64,000 nucleotides of DNA from Bugula neritina (Eukaryota > Animalia > Bryozoa): contig CAXIUT010000230.1 of NCBI GenBank assembly GCA_964035545.1, forward strand, positions 372,001 to 436,000, given 5' to 3'. A program made the position numbers and the translations under genes. The notes beneath the pieces were generated by a model, which was not told the origin of the DNA, did not search any database, and worked only from the letters and a program-made list of their open reading frames with translations. This document shows positions 1 to 17,100 of this stretch, in pieces (position 1 is the first letter of the stretch; the number at the start of each line of letters is the position of its first letter).

Positions 1-400
1 CTGCAACATCCTACAAGATACTGAAATACACTGTAACGTATTGAAGTACACTGCAACACATTGAAGTATTCTGCAACACACTTAAACATACGGCAACATA
101 CTGAAATATACTTCGGCACATTGCAATATACTGCAGCATACTGAAATATGCTGTAGCCTACTGAAACACACTGCATTATACTGAAATACACTGCTACATA
201 CTGAAATATACTGCAACATACTGAAATATACTGCGACACATTGCAATATACTGTAACATACTGAAATATGCTGTAGCACACTGAAATACACTGCAACTCA
301 CTGAAATATACTGCAACATACTGAAATACACTGTAACATATTGAAATATACTGCAACATACTGAAATACAGTGCTACATACTGAAATATACTGCAACATA

Positions 401-850
401 CTGCAACATACTGAAATACACTGTAACATACTGAAATACACTGCAACATACTACAACATATTGAAAGACACTGCAACACATTGAAATATGCTGCAACATA
501 CCTAAATATACGGTAATATACCAAAAAAAACTGTTACACATTGAAAAATACTGCAACATACTGAAATACACTGCAACACACTGAAAAACACTGCAAAATA
601 CAGTAACACACTGAAATATACTGCAACATACTGAAATACACTGTAACATACTGAAATTCACTGCAACATACTACAACATATTGAAAGACACTGCAACACA
701 TTGAAATATGCTGCAACATACCTAAATATACGGTAATATACCAAAATAAACTGTTACACATTGAAAAATACTGCAACATACTGAAATACACTGCAACACA
801 CTGAAAAACACTGCAAAATACTGTAACACACTGAAATATACTGCAAAATA
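401..850. repeat. 220-bp tandem duplication
   Basis: ttgaaagaca...ttgaaatatg ctgcaacata cctaaatata cggtaatata ccaaaa.aaa ctgttacaca occurs at 461-540 and 681-760. Confidence 0.85.
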
Positions 851-3800
851 CTCAAATACACTGCTACATATTTAAATATACTGCAACACACTGCAACATA
901 CTGCAACATACTAAAATATACTGCAACATACTGAAATACACTGCAAAATACTGAAATACACTGTAACATACTGAAATATACTGCAACATACTGAAGTACA
1001 CTCCTACATACTGAAATATACTGCAACTCACTGCAACATACTGCAACATACTAAAATACACTGTAACATATTGAAATACACTGCAACACATTGAAATATA
1101 CTGCAAAATATTGAAATACACTGCTACACACTGAAATATACTGCAAAACACGGCAACATACTGCAACATACTAAAATATACTGCAACATACTGAAATACA
1201 CTGCAAAATACTGAAATACGCTGTGACATACTGAAATATACTGCAACATACTGAAATATACTGCTACATACTGAAATATACTGCAACACACTGCAACATA
1301 CTGCAACATACTGAAATACACTGTAACATAATAAAATACACTGCAACACATTGAAATATACTGCAAAATACTGAAATACACTGCTATATACTGAAATATA
1401 CTGCAACACACTGCAACATACTGCAACATACTAAAATATACTGCAACATACTGAAAAACACTGCAAAATACTGAAATACACTGTAACATACTGAAATATA
1501 CTGCAACATACTGAAATACACTGCTACATACTGAAATATACGGCAACACACTGCAACATACTGAAACATACTACAATACACTGTAACATATTGAAATACA
1601 CTGCAACACAGTGAAATATACTGCAATGTGCCGAAATATATGGTAAACTACTGAAATATACTGTCACACATTGAAAATTACTGCAACATACTGAAATAAA
1701 CTGCGACACATTGCAATATACTGTAACATACCGAAATATGCTGTAGCACATTGAAATACACTGCAACACACTGACAAACACTGCAAAATACTGTAACACA
1801 CTGAAATATACTGCAAAACGCTGAAATACACTGCTACATACTGAAATATACTGCAACACAGTGCAACATGCTGCAACATACTAAAATATACCGCAACATA
1901 CTGAAATACACTGCAAAATACTGAAATACACTGTAACATACTGAAATATACTGCGACACATTGAAATATACTTTAACATACTGAAATATGCTGTAGCACA
2001 CTGAAATACACTGCAACTCACTGAAATATACTGCAACATACTGAAATACACTGTAACATATTGAAATATACTACAACATACTGCAACATACTGAAATACA
2101 CTGGAACATATTGAAATACACTGCAACAAATTGAAGTATACTCCAACACACTGAAACACACTGAAATACACTGTAACATACTGAAATACACTGCAACATA
2201 ATACAATATATTGAAATACACTGCAACACATTGAAATATACTGCAACATACTGAAATATACTGCGACACATTGCAATATACTGTAACATACTGAAATATG
2301 CTGTAGCACATTGAAATACACTGCAACTCACTGAAATAAACTGCAACATACTGAAACACAGTGCTACATACTGAACTATACTGCAACATACTGCAACATA
2401 CTGAAATACACTGTAACATACTGAAATACACTGCAACATACTACAACATTTTGAAATACACTGCAACACATTGAAATATACTGCAACATACCTAAATATA
2501 CGGTAATATACCAAAATATACTGTAAGATATTGAAAAATACTGCAACATACTGAAATACACTTCAACACACTGAAAAACACTGCAAAATACTGTTACACA
2601 CTGAAATATACTGCAAAACACAGAAATACACTGCTACATACTGAAATATACTGCAACACAGTGCAACATACTGCAACATACTAAAATATACTGCAACATA
2701 CTGAAATACACTGCAAAATACTGAAATACACTGCTACATACTGAAAAATACTGCAACACATTGCGACATACTGCAACATACTAAAATACACTGTAACATA
2801 TTGAAATGCACTGCAACACATTGAAATATGCTGCAATGTACCGAAATATATGGTAAACTACTGAAATATACTGTCACACATTGAAAAATACTGACACATA
2901 CTGAAATATACTGCGACACATTGCAATATACTGTAACATACTGAAATATGCTGTAGCACACTGAAATACACAGTAACATATTGAAATATACTGCAACATA
3001 CTGAAATACACTGCAACATACTACAACATATTGGAAGACACTGCAACACATTGAAATATACTGCAACATACCTAAATATACGGTAATATACCAAAATAAA
3101 CTGTTACACATTGAAAAATACTGCAACATACTGAAATACGCTGCAACACACTGAAAAACACTGCAAAATACTGTAACACACTGAAATATACTGCAACATA
3201 CTGAAATATACTGCAACATACTGAAGTACACTCCTACATACTGAAATATACTGCAACTCACTGCAACAAACTCCAACATACTAAAATACACTGTAACATA
3301 TTGAAATACACTGCAACACATTGAAATATACTGCAAAATACTGAAATACACTGCTACACACTGAAATATACTGCAACATACGGCAACATACTGCAACATA
3401 CTAAAATATACAGCAACATACTGAAATACACTGCAAAATACTGAAATACACTGTAACATACTGAAATATACTGCAACATACTGAAATATACTGCTACATA
3501 CTGAAATATACTGCAACACACTGCAACATACTGCAACATACTAAAATACACTGTAACATAATGAAATACACTGCAACACATTGAAATATACTGCAAAATA
3601 CTGAAATACACTGCTATATACTGAAATATACTGCAACACACTGCAACATACTGTAACATACTGAAATATACTGCAACATACTGAAATACACTGCTACATA
3701 CTGAAATATACGGCAACACACTGCAACATACTGAAACATACTAAAATACACTGTAACATATTGAAATACACTGCAACACAGTGAAATATACTGCAATGTG

Positions 3801-5170
3801 CCGAAATATATGGTAAACTACTGAAATATACTGTCACATCTTGAAAAATACTGCAACATACTGAAATATACTGCGACACATTGCAATATACTGTAACATA
3901 CTGAAATATGCTGTAGCACATTGAAATACACTGCAACTCACTGAAATATACTGCAACATACTGAAATACACTGTAACATATTGAAAAACACTGCAACATA
4001 CTGAAATACAGTGCTACATACTGAAATATACTGCAACATACTGCAACATACTGAAATACACTGTAACCGACTGAAATACACCTCAACATACTACAACATT
4101 TTGAAACACACTGCAACACATTGAAATATACTGCAACATTCCTAAATATACGGTAATATACCAAAATATACTGTAACACATTGAAAAATACTGCAACATA
4201 CTGAAATACACTGCGTTACACTGAAAAACACTGCAAAATACTGTAACACACTGAAATATACTGCAAAACACTGAAATACACTGCTACATACTGAAATATA
4301 CTGCAACACAGTGCAACATACTCCAACATACTAAAATATACTGCAACATACTGAAATACACTGCAGAATACTGATATACACTGTAACATACTGAAATACA
4401 CTGCAAAATACTACAAAATTTTGAAATACACTGCAATACATTGAAATATACTGCAACATACCTAAATATACGGTAATATACTGAAATATACTGTAACACA
4501 TTGAAAAATACTACAAAATACTGAAATACACTGCAACATACTACAACATACTGAAATACGCTGTAATACATTGAAATCCACTGTAACACATTGAAATATA
4601 CTGTAACTCGCTGAAACATACTGTAACTCACTGAAATATAATGTAATATACGGAAATGTACTGTAAATTACTGGAATATAATGTAACACACTGAAATATA
4701 CTGCAACATACTGAAATACACTGTAACATACTGAAATATACTGCAACATCCTGCAACATACTGAAATACACTGTAACATACTGAAATACACTGCAACATT
4801 CTACAAGATACTGAAATACACTGTAACGTATTGAAGTACACTGCAACACATTGAAGTATTCTGCAACACACTTAAACATACGGCAACATACCGAAATATA
4901 CTTCGGCACATTGCAATATACTGCAGCATACTGAAATATGCTGTAGCCTACTGAAATACACTGCATTATACTGAAATACACTGCTACATACTGAAATATA
5001 CTGCAACATACTGAAATATACTGCGACACATTGCAATATACTGTAACATACTGAAATATGCTGTAGCACACTGAAATACACTGCAACTCACTGAAATATA
5101 CTGCAACATACTGAAATACACTGTAACATATTGAAATATACTGCAACATACTGAAATACAGTGCTACATA

Positions 5171-8100
5171 CTGAAATATACTGCAACATACTGCAACATA
5201 CTGAAATACACTGTAACATACTGAAATACACAGCAACATACTACAACATATTGAAAGACACTGCAACACATTGAAATATGCTGCAACATACCAAAATATA
5301 CGGTAATATACCAAAAAAAACTGTTACACATTGAAAAATACTGCAACATACTGAAATACACTGCAACACACTGAAAAACACTGCAAAATACAGTAACACA
5401 CTGAAATATACTGCAAAATACTGAAATACACTGCTACATACTTAAATATACTGCAACACACTGCAACATACTGCAACATACTAAAATATACTGCAACATA
5501 CTGAAATACACTGCAAAATACTGAAATACACTGTAACATACTGAAATATACTGCAACATACTGAAGTACACTCCTGCATACTGAAATATACTGCAACTCA
5601 CTGCAACATACTGCAACATACTAAAACACACTGTAACATATTGAAATACACTGCAACACATTGAAATATACTGCAAAATATTGAAATACACTGCTACACA
5701 CTGAAATGTACTGCAACACATGGCAACATACTGCAACATACTAAAATATACTGCAACATACCGAAATACACTGCAAAATACTGAAATACGCTGTAACATA
5801 CTGAAATATACTGCAACATACTGAAATATACTGCTACATACTGAAATATACTGCGACACACTGCAACATACTGCAACATACTAAAATACACTGTAACATA
5901 ATGAAATACACTGCAACACATTGAAATATACTGCAAAATACTGAAATACACTGCTATATACTGAAATATACTGCAACACACTGAAACATACTGCAACATA
6001 CTAAAATATACTGCAACATACTGAAATACACTGCAACACAGTGAAATATACTGCAATGTGCCGAAATATATGGTAAACTACTGAAATATACTGTCACACA
6101 TTGAAAATTACTGCAACATACTGAAATAAACTGCGACACATTGCTATATACTGTAACATACCGAAATATGCTGTAGCACATTGAAATACACTGCAACTCA
6201 CTGAAATACAGTGCTACATACTGAAATATACTGCAACATACTGCAACATACTGAAATACACTGTAACAAACTGAAATACACTGCAACATACTACAACATT
6301 TTGAAACACACTGCAACACATTGAAATATTCTGCAACATACCTAAATATACGGTAATAAACCAAAATATACTGTAACACATTGAAAAATACTGCAACATA
6401 CTGAAATACACTGCAACACACTGAAAAACACTGCAAAATACTGTAACACACTGAAATAAACTGCAAAACACTGAAATACACTGCTACATACTGAAATATA
6501 CTGCAACACAGTGCAACATGCTGCAACATACTAAAATATACTGCAACATACTGAAATACACAGCAAAAAACTGAAATACACTGTAACATACTGAAATACA
6601 CTGCAAAATACTACAACATTTTGACATACACTGGAATACATTGAAATATACTGCAACATACCTAAATATACGGTAATATACTGAAATATACTGTAACACA
6701 TTGAAAAATACTACAAAATACTGAAATACACTGCAACATACTACAACATACTGAAATACGCTGTAATACATTGAAATCCACTGCAACACATTGAAATATA
6801 GTGTAACTCGCTGAAACATACTGTAACTCACTGAAATATAGTGTAATATACGGAAATGTACTGTAAAATACTGGAATATAATGTAACACACTGAAATATA
6901 CTGCAACATACTGAAATACACTGTAACTTACTGAAATATACTGCAACATCCTGCAACATACTGAAATACACTGTAACATACTGAAATACACTGCAACATC
7001 CTACAAGATACTGAAATACACTGTAACGTATTGAAGTACACTGCAACACATTGAAGTATTCTGCAACACACTTAAACATACGGCAACATACTGAAATATA
7101 CTTCGGCACATTGCAATATACTGCAGCATACTGAAATATGCTGTAGCCTACTGAAATACACTGCATTATACTGAAATACACTGCTACATACTGAAATATA
7201 CTGCAACATACTGAAATACACTGTAATATGCTGAATTACACTGCAACACATTGAAATATACTGCAACATAGCAAAATATATATTAAACTACTGAAAAATA
7301 CTTTAACACATTGAAAAATACTGCAACATACATAATTATACTGTAACACACTGAAATATACTGCAACATACTGAAATACACTGTAAAATACTGAAATACA
7401 CTGCAACGTACTACAACATATTGAAAAACACTGCAACACATTGAATATACTGCAACATACCTAAATATGCGGTAATATACTGAAATAAACTCTAACACAT
7501 TGAAAATACTGCAACGTACTGAAATACACTGCAACACACCGAAATATAATGCAAAATAAAACAACATACTGAAATACACTGTAACATATTGAAATACACT
7601 GTAACACATTGAAATATACTGCAACATACCGAGGTATATTGTAAACTACTGAAATATACTGTAACACATTGAAAAATACTGCAACATACTGAAAGTTCTT
7701 GCGACACATTGCAATATACTGTAACATACTGAAATATGCTGTAGCACACTGAAATATACTGCAAAATACTGAAATACACTAAAACATATTGAAAAATACT
7801 GCAACATACTGAAATACACTGTAACATACTGAAATGCACTGCAAAATACTACAACATATTGAAATACACTGCAACATACCTAAATATTCGGTGAGATACT
7901 GAAATATACTGTAACACATTAAAAAAGTACAGCAACATACTGAAAAATACTGCAAGATACTGCAACATACTAAAATACACTGTAACATAATGAAACACAC
8001 TGCAACATACTGCATTATACTGACATACACTAGAACATAATGAAATACACTGCAACAAATTGAAGTATACTGCAACACACCGAAACATACGGCAACATAC

Positions 8101-11100
8101 TGAAATATACTGCGACAGATTGAAATGTACAGCAACATACTGAAATATACTGCGACACATTGCAAAATACTGCAACATACTGAAATACGCGGTAATATAT
8201 TGAAATACACTGCAACACATTGAAATATACTGTAACTCGCTGAAATATAGTGTAATATACGGAAATGTACTGTAACATACTGGAATATACTGTAACACAC
8301 TGAAGTATACTGCAACATACTGAAATGCAGTGCTACATACTGAAATATACTGCAACATACTGCAACATATTCAAATACACTGTAACATACTGAAATATAC
8401 TACTACACACTGCAACATTTGGCAACATACTGAAATATACTGCGACACATTGCAGTATACTGAAACATACTGAAATATGCTGTAGCACACCGAAAAACAC
8501 TGCAACTCACTGAAATATACTGCAACATACTGAAATACACTGTGACATACTGAAATATACTGCGACATACTGCACCATACTGAAATACACTGTAACATAC
8601 TGAAATACACTGCAACACATTGAAATATACTGCAAAATACTGAATTACAGTGCTACATACTGAAAGATACTGCAACATACCGAAATACACTGTAACATGT
8701 TGAAATATACTGCAACATACCTAAATATACGGTAATATACCAAAATATACTGTAACACATTGAAAAATACTGCAACATACTGAAATACACTGCAACCTCT
8801 GAAAAACACTGCAAAATACTGTAACACACTCAAATATACTGCAAAACACCGAAATACACTGCTACATACTGAAATATACTGCAACACACTGCAACAAATT
8901 GCAACATACTAAAATATACTGCAACATACTGAAATACACTGCAAAATACTGAAATACACTGTAACATACTGAAATATACTGCGACACATTGCAATATACT
9001 GTAACATACTGAAATATGCTGTAGCACACTGAAATACACTGCAACTCACTGAAATATACTGCAACATACTGAAATACACTGTAACATATTGAAATATACT
9101 GCAACATACTGCAACATACTGAAATATGCTGTAGCACATTGAAATACACTGCAACTCACTGAAATATACTGCAACATACTGCAACATACTGAAATACACT
9201 GTAACATACTGAAATACACAGCAACATACTACAACATATCGAAAGACACTGCAACACATTGAAATATGCTGCAACATACCTAAATATACGGTAATATACC
9301 AAAAAAAACTGTTACACATTGAAAAATACTGCAACATACTGAAATACACTGCAACACACTGAAAAACACTGCAAAATACAGTAACACACTGAAATATACT
9401 GCAAAATACTGAAATACACTGCTACATACTTAAATATACTGCAACACACTGCAACATACTGCAACATACTAAAATATACTGCAACATACTGAAATGCACT
9501 GCAAAATACTGAAATACACTGTAACATACTGAAATATACTGCAACATACTGAAGTACACTCCTGCATACTGAAATATACTGCAACTCACTGCAACATACT
9601 GCAACATACTAAAATACACTGTAACATATTGAAATACACTGCAACACATTGAAATATACTGCAAAATATTGAAATACACTGCTACACACTGAAATGTACT
9701 GCAACACATGGCAACATACTGCAACATACTAAAATATACTGCAACATACTGAAATACACTGCAAAATACTGAAATACGCTGTAACATACTGAAATATACT
9801 GCAACATACTGAAATATACTGCTACATACTGAAATATACTGCAACACACTGCAACATACTGCAACATACTAAAATACACTGTAACATAATGAAATACACT
9901 GCAACACATTGAAATATACTGCAAAATACTGAAATACACTGCTATATACTGAAATATACTGCAACACACTGAAACATACTGCAACATACTAAAATATACT
10001 GCAACATACTGAAATACACTGCAACACAGTGAAATATACTGCAATGTGCCGAAATATATGGTAAACTACTGAAATATACTGTCACACATTGAAAATTACT
10101 GCAACATACTGAAATAAACTGCGACACATTGCTATATACTGTAACATACCGAAATATGCTGTAGCACATTGAAATACACTGCAACTCACTGAAATACAGT
10201 GCTACATACTGAAATATACTGCAACATACTGCAACATACTGAAATACACTGTAACAAACTGAAATACACTGCAACATACTACAACATTTTGAAACACACT
10301 GCAACACATTGAAATATTCTGCAACATACCTAAATATACGGTAATAAACCAAAATATACTGTAACACATTGAAAAATACTGCAACATACTGAAATACACT
10401 GCAACACACTGAAAAACACTGCAAAATACTGTAACACACTGAAATAAACTGCAAAACACTGAAATACACTGCTACATACTGAAATATACTGCAACACAGT
10501 GCAACATGCTGCAACATACTAAAATATACTGCAACATACTGAAATACACAGCAAAAAACTGAAATACACTGTAACATACTGAAATACACTGCAAAATACT
10601 ACAACATTTTGACATACACTGGAATACATTGAAATATACTGCAACATACCTAAATATACGGTAATATACTGAAATATACTGTAACACATTGAAAAATACT
10701 ACAAAATACTGAAATACACTGCAACATACTACAACATACTGAAATTCGCTGTAATACATTGAAATCCACTGCAACACATTGAAATATAGTGTAACTCGCT
10801 GAAACATACTGTAACTCACTGAAATATAGTGTAATATACGGAAATGTACTGTAAAATACTGGAATATAATGTAACACACTGAAATATACTGCAACATACT
10901 GAAATACACTGTAACTTACTGAAATATACTGCAACATCCTGCAACATACTGAAATACACTGTAACATACTGAAATACACTGCAACATCCTACAAGATACT
11001 GAAATACACTGTAACGTATTGAAGTACACTGCAACACATTGAAGTATTCTGCAACACACTTAAACATACGGCAACATACTGAAATATACTTCGGCACATT

Positions 11101-14100
11101 GCAATATACTGCAGCATACTGAAATATGCTGTAGCCTACTGAAATACACTGCATTATACTGAAATACACTGCTACATACTGAAATATACTGCAACATACT
11201 GAAATACACTGTAATATGCTGAATTACACTGCAACACATTGAAATATACTGCAACATAGCAAAATATATATTAAACTACTGAAAAATACTTTAACACATT
11301 GAAAAATACTGCAACATACATAATTATACTGTAACACACTGAAATATACTGCAACATACTGAAATACACTGTAAAATACTGAAATACACTGCAACGTACT
11401 ACAACATATTGAAAAACACTGCAACACATTGAATATACTGCAACATACCTAAATATGCGGTAATATACTGAAATAAACTCTAACACATTGAAAATACTGC
11501 AACATACTGAAATACACTGCAACACACCGAAATATAATGCAAAATAAAACAACATACTGAAATACACTGTAACATATTGAAATACACTGTAACACATTGA
11601 AATATACTGCAACATACCGAGGTATATTGTAAACTACTGAAATATACTGTAACACATTGAAAAATACTGCAACATACTGAAAGTTCTTGCGACACATTGC
11701 AATATACTGTAACATACTGAAATATGCTGTAGCACACTGAAATATACTGCAAAATACTGAAATACACTAAAACATATTGAAAAATACTGCAACATACTGA
11801 AATACACTGTAACATACTGAAATGCACTGCAAAATACTACAACATATTGAAATACACTGCAACATACCTAAATATTCGGTAAGATACTGAAATATACTGT
11901 AACACATTAAAAAAGTACAGCAACATACTGAAAAATACTGCAAGATACTGCAACATACTAAAATACACTGTAACATAATGAAACACACTGCAACATACTG
12001 CATTATACTGACATACACTAGAACATAATGAAATACACTTCAACAAATTGAAGTATACTGCAACACACCGAAACATACGGCAACATACTGAAATATACTG
12101 CGACAGATTGAAATGTACAGCAACATACTGAAATATACTGCGACACATTGCAAAATACTGCAACATACTGAAATACGCGGTAATATATTGAAATACACTG
12201 CAACACATTGAAATATACTGTAACTCGCTGAAATATAGTGTAATATACGGAAATGTACTGTAACATACTGGAATATACTGTAACACACTGAAGTATACTG
12301 CAACATACTGAAATGCAGTGCTACATACTGAAATATACTGCAACATACTGCAACATATTCAAATACACTGTAACATACTGAAATATACTACTACACACTG
12401 CAACATTTGGCAACATACTGAAATATACTGCGACACATTGCAGTATACTGAAACATACTGAAATATGCTGTAGCACAGCGAAAAACACTGCAACTCACTG
12501 AAATATACTGCAACATACTGAAATACACTGTGACATACTGAAATATACTGCGACATACTGCACCATACTGAAATACACTGTAACATACTGAAATACACTG
12601 CAACACATTGAAATATACTGCAAAATACTGAATTACAGTGCTACATACTGAAAGATACTGCAACATACCGAAATACACTGTAACATGTTGAAATATACTG
12701 CAACATACCTAAATATACGGTAATATACCAAAATATACTGTAACACATTGAAAAATACTGCAACATACTGAAATACACTGCAACCTCTGAAAAACACTGC
12801 AAAATACTGTAACACACTCAAATATACTGCAAAACACCGAAATACACTGCTACATACTGAAATATACTGCAACACACTGCAACAAATTGCAACATACTAA
12901 AATATACTGCAACATACTGAAATACACTGCAAAATACTGAAATACACTGTAACATACTGAAATATACTGCGACACATTGCAATATACTGTAACATACTGA
13001 AATATGCTGTAGCACACTGAAATACACTGCAACTCACTGAAATATACTGCAACATACTGAAATACACTGTAACATATTGAAATATACTGCAACATACTGC
13101 AACATACTGAAATACACTGGAACATATTGAAATACACTGCAACAAATTGAAGTATACTGCAACACACTGAAACACACTGAAATACACCGCAAAACACTAC
13201 AACATACTGAAACATACTGCAACATACTGAAATACACTACTACATACTGAAATATACTGCAACATACTGCACCATACTGAAATACACTATAACATACTGA
13301 AATACACTGCAACATAATACAATATATTGAAATACACTGCAACACATTGAAATATACTGCAACATACTGAAATATACTGCGACACATTGCAATATACTGT
13401 AACATACTGAAATATGCTGTAGCACATTGAAATACACTGCAACTCACTGAAATATACTGCAACATACTGCAACATACTGAAATACACTGTAACATACTGA
13501 AATACACAGCAACATACTACAACATATTGAAAGACACTGCAACACATTGAAATATGCTGCAACATACCTAAATATACGGTAATATACCAAAAAAAACTGT
13601 TACACATTGAAAAATACTGCAACATACTGAAATACACTGCAACACACTGAAAAACACTGCAAAATACAGTAACACACTGAAATATACTGCAAAATACTGA
13701 AATACACTGCTACATACTTAAATATACTGCAACACACTGCAACATACTGCAACATACTAAAATATACTGCAACATACTGAAATGCACTGCAAAATACTGA
13801 AATACACTGTAACATACTGAAATATACTGCAACATACTGAAGTACACTCCTGCATACTGAAATATACTGCAACTCACTGCAACATACTGCAACATACTAA
13901 AATACACTGTAACATATTGAAATACACTGCAACACATTGAAATATACTGCAAAATATTGAAATACACTGCTACACACTGAAATGTACTGCAACACATGGC
14001 AACATACTGCAACATACTAAAATATACTGCAACATACTGAAATACACTGCAAAATACTGAAATACGCTGTAACATACTGAAATATACTGCAACATACTGA

Positions 14101-17100
14101 AATATACTGCTACATACTGAAATATACTGCAACACACTGCAACATACTGCAACATACTAAAATACACTGTAACATAATGAAATACACTGCAACACATTGA
14201 AATATACTGCAAAATACTGAAATACACTGCTATATACTGAAATATACTGCAACACACTGAAACATACTGCAACATACTAAAATATACTGCAACATACTGA
14301 AATACACTGCAACACAGTGAAATATACTGCAATGTGCCGAAATATATGGTAAACTACTGAAATATACTGTCACACATTGAAAATTACTGCAACATACTGA
14401 AATAAACTGCGACACATTGCTATATACTGTAACATACCGAAATATGCTGTAGCACATTGAAATACACTGCAACTCACTGAAATACAGTGCTACATACTGA
14501 AATATACTGCAACATACTGCAACATACTGAAATACACTGTAACAAACTGAAATACACTGCAACATACTACAACATTTTGAAACACACTGCAACACATTGA
14601 AATATTCTGCAACATACCTAAATATACGGTAATAAACCAAAATATACTGTAACACATTGAAAAATACTGCAACATACTGAAATACACTGCAACACACTGA
14701 AAAACACTGCAAAATACTGTAACACACTGAAATAAACTGCAAAACACTGAAATACACTGCTACATACTGAAATATACTGCAACACAGTGCAACATGCTGC
14801 AACATACTAAAATATACTGCAACATACTGAAATACACAGCAAAAAACTGAAATACACTGTAACATACTGAAATACACTGCAAAATACTACAACATTTTGA
14901 CATACACTGGAATACATTGAAATATACTGCAACATACCTAAATATACGGTAATATACTGAAATATACTGTAACACATTGAAAAATACTACAAAATACTGA
15001 AATACACTGCAACATACTACAACATACTGAAATACGCTGTAATACATTGAAATCCACTGCAACACATTGAAATATAGTGTAACTCGCTGAAACATACTGT
15101 AACTCACTGAAATATAGTGTAATATACGGAAATGTACTGTAAAATACTGGAATATAATGTAACACACTGAAATATACTGCAACATACTTAAATACACTGT
15201 AACTTACTGAAATATACTGCAACATCCTGCAACATACTGAAATACACTGTAACATACTGAAATACACTGCAACATCCTACAAGATACTGAAATACACTGT
15301 AACGTATTGAAGTACACTGCAACACATTGAAGTATTCTGCAACACACTTAAACATACGGCAACATACTGAAATATACTTCGGCACATTGCAATATACTGC
15401 AGCATACTGAAATATGCTGTAGCCTACTGAAATACACTGCATTATACTGAAATACACTGCTACATACTGAAATATACTGCAACATACTGAAATACACTGT
15501 AATATGCTGAATTACACTGCAACACATTGAAATATACTGCAACATAGCAAAATATATATTAAACTACTGAAAAATACTTTAACACATTGAAAAATACTGC
15601 AACATACATAATTATACTGTAACACACTGAAATATACTGCAACATACTGAAATACACTGTAAAATACTGAAATACACTGCAACGTACTACAACATATTGA
15701 AAAACACTGCAACACATTGAATATACTGCAACATACCTAAATATGCGGTAATATACTGAAATAAACTCTAACACATTGAAAATACTGCAACGTACTGAAA
15801 TACACTGCAACACACCGAAATATAATGCAAAATAAAACAACATACTGAAATACACTGTAACATATTGAAATACACTGTAACACATTGAAATATACTGCAA
15901 CATACCGAGGTATATTGTAAACTACTGAAATATACTGTAACACATTGAAAAATACTGCAACATACTGAAAGTTCTTGCGACACATTGCAATATACTGTAA
16001 CATACTGAAATATGCTGTAGCACACTGAAATATACTGCAAAATACTGAAATACACTAAAACATATTGAAAAATACTGCAACATACTGAAATACACTGTAA
16101 CATACTGAAATGCACTGCAAAATACTACAACATATTGAAATACACTGCAACATACCTAAATATTCGGTGAGATACTGAAATATACTGTAACACATTAAAA
16201 AAGTACAGCAACATACTGAAAAATACTGCAAGATACTGCAACATACTAAAATACACTGTAACATAATGAAACACACTGCAACATACTGCATTATACTGAC
16301 ATACACTAGAACATAATGAAATACACTGCAACAAATTGAAGTATACTGCAACACACCGAAACATACGGCAACATACTGAAATATACTGCGACAGATTGAA
16401 ATGTACAGCAACATACTGAAATATACTGCGACACATTGCAAAATACTGCAACATACTGAAATACGCGGTAATATATTGAAATACACTGCAACACATTGAA
16501 ATATACTGTAACTCGCTGAAATATAGTGTAATATACGGAAATGTACTGTAACATACTGGAATATACTGTAACACACTGAAGTATACTGCAACATACTGAA
16601 ATGCAGTGCTACATACTGAAATATACTGCAACATACTGCAACATATTCAAATACACTGTAACATACTGAAATATACTACTACACACTGCAACATTTGGCA
16701 ACATACTGAAATATACTGCGACACATTGCAGTATACTGAAACATACTGAAATATGCTGTAGCACACCGAAAAACACTGCAACTCACTGAAATATACTGCA
16801 ACATACTGAAATACACTGTGACATACTGAAATATACTGCGACATACTGCACCATACTGAAATACACTGTAACATACTGAAATACACTGCAACACATTGAA
16901 ATATACTGCAAAATACTGAATTACAGTGCTACATACTGAAAGATACTGCAACATACCGAAATACACTGTAACATGTTGAAATATACTGCAACATACCTAA
17001 ATATACGGTAATATACCAAAATATACTGTAACACATTGAAAAATACTGCAACATACTGAAATACACTGCAACCTCTGAAAAACACTGCAAAATACTGTAA

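Noticed and set aside
101-540. TATA-like boxes, ATTGCAAT palindromes and A-runs as promoters, factor sites or terminators
   Set aside because: They are one- or two-base variants of the monomer, repeated throughout the array with no associated gene.
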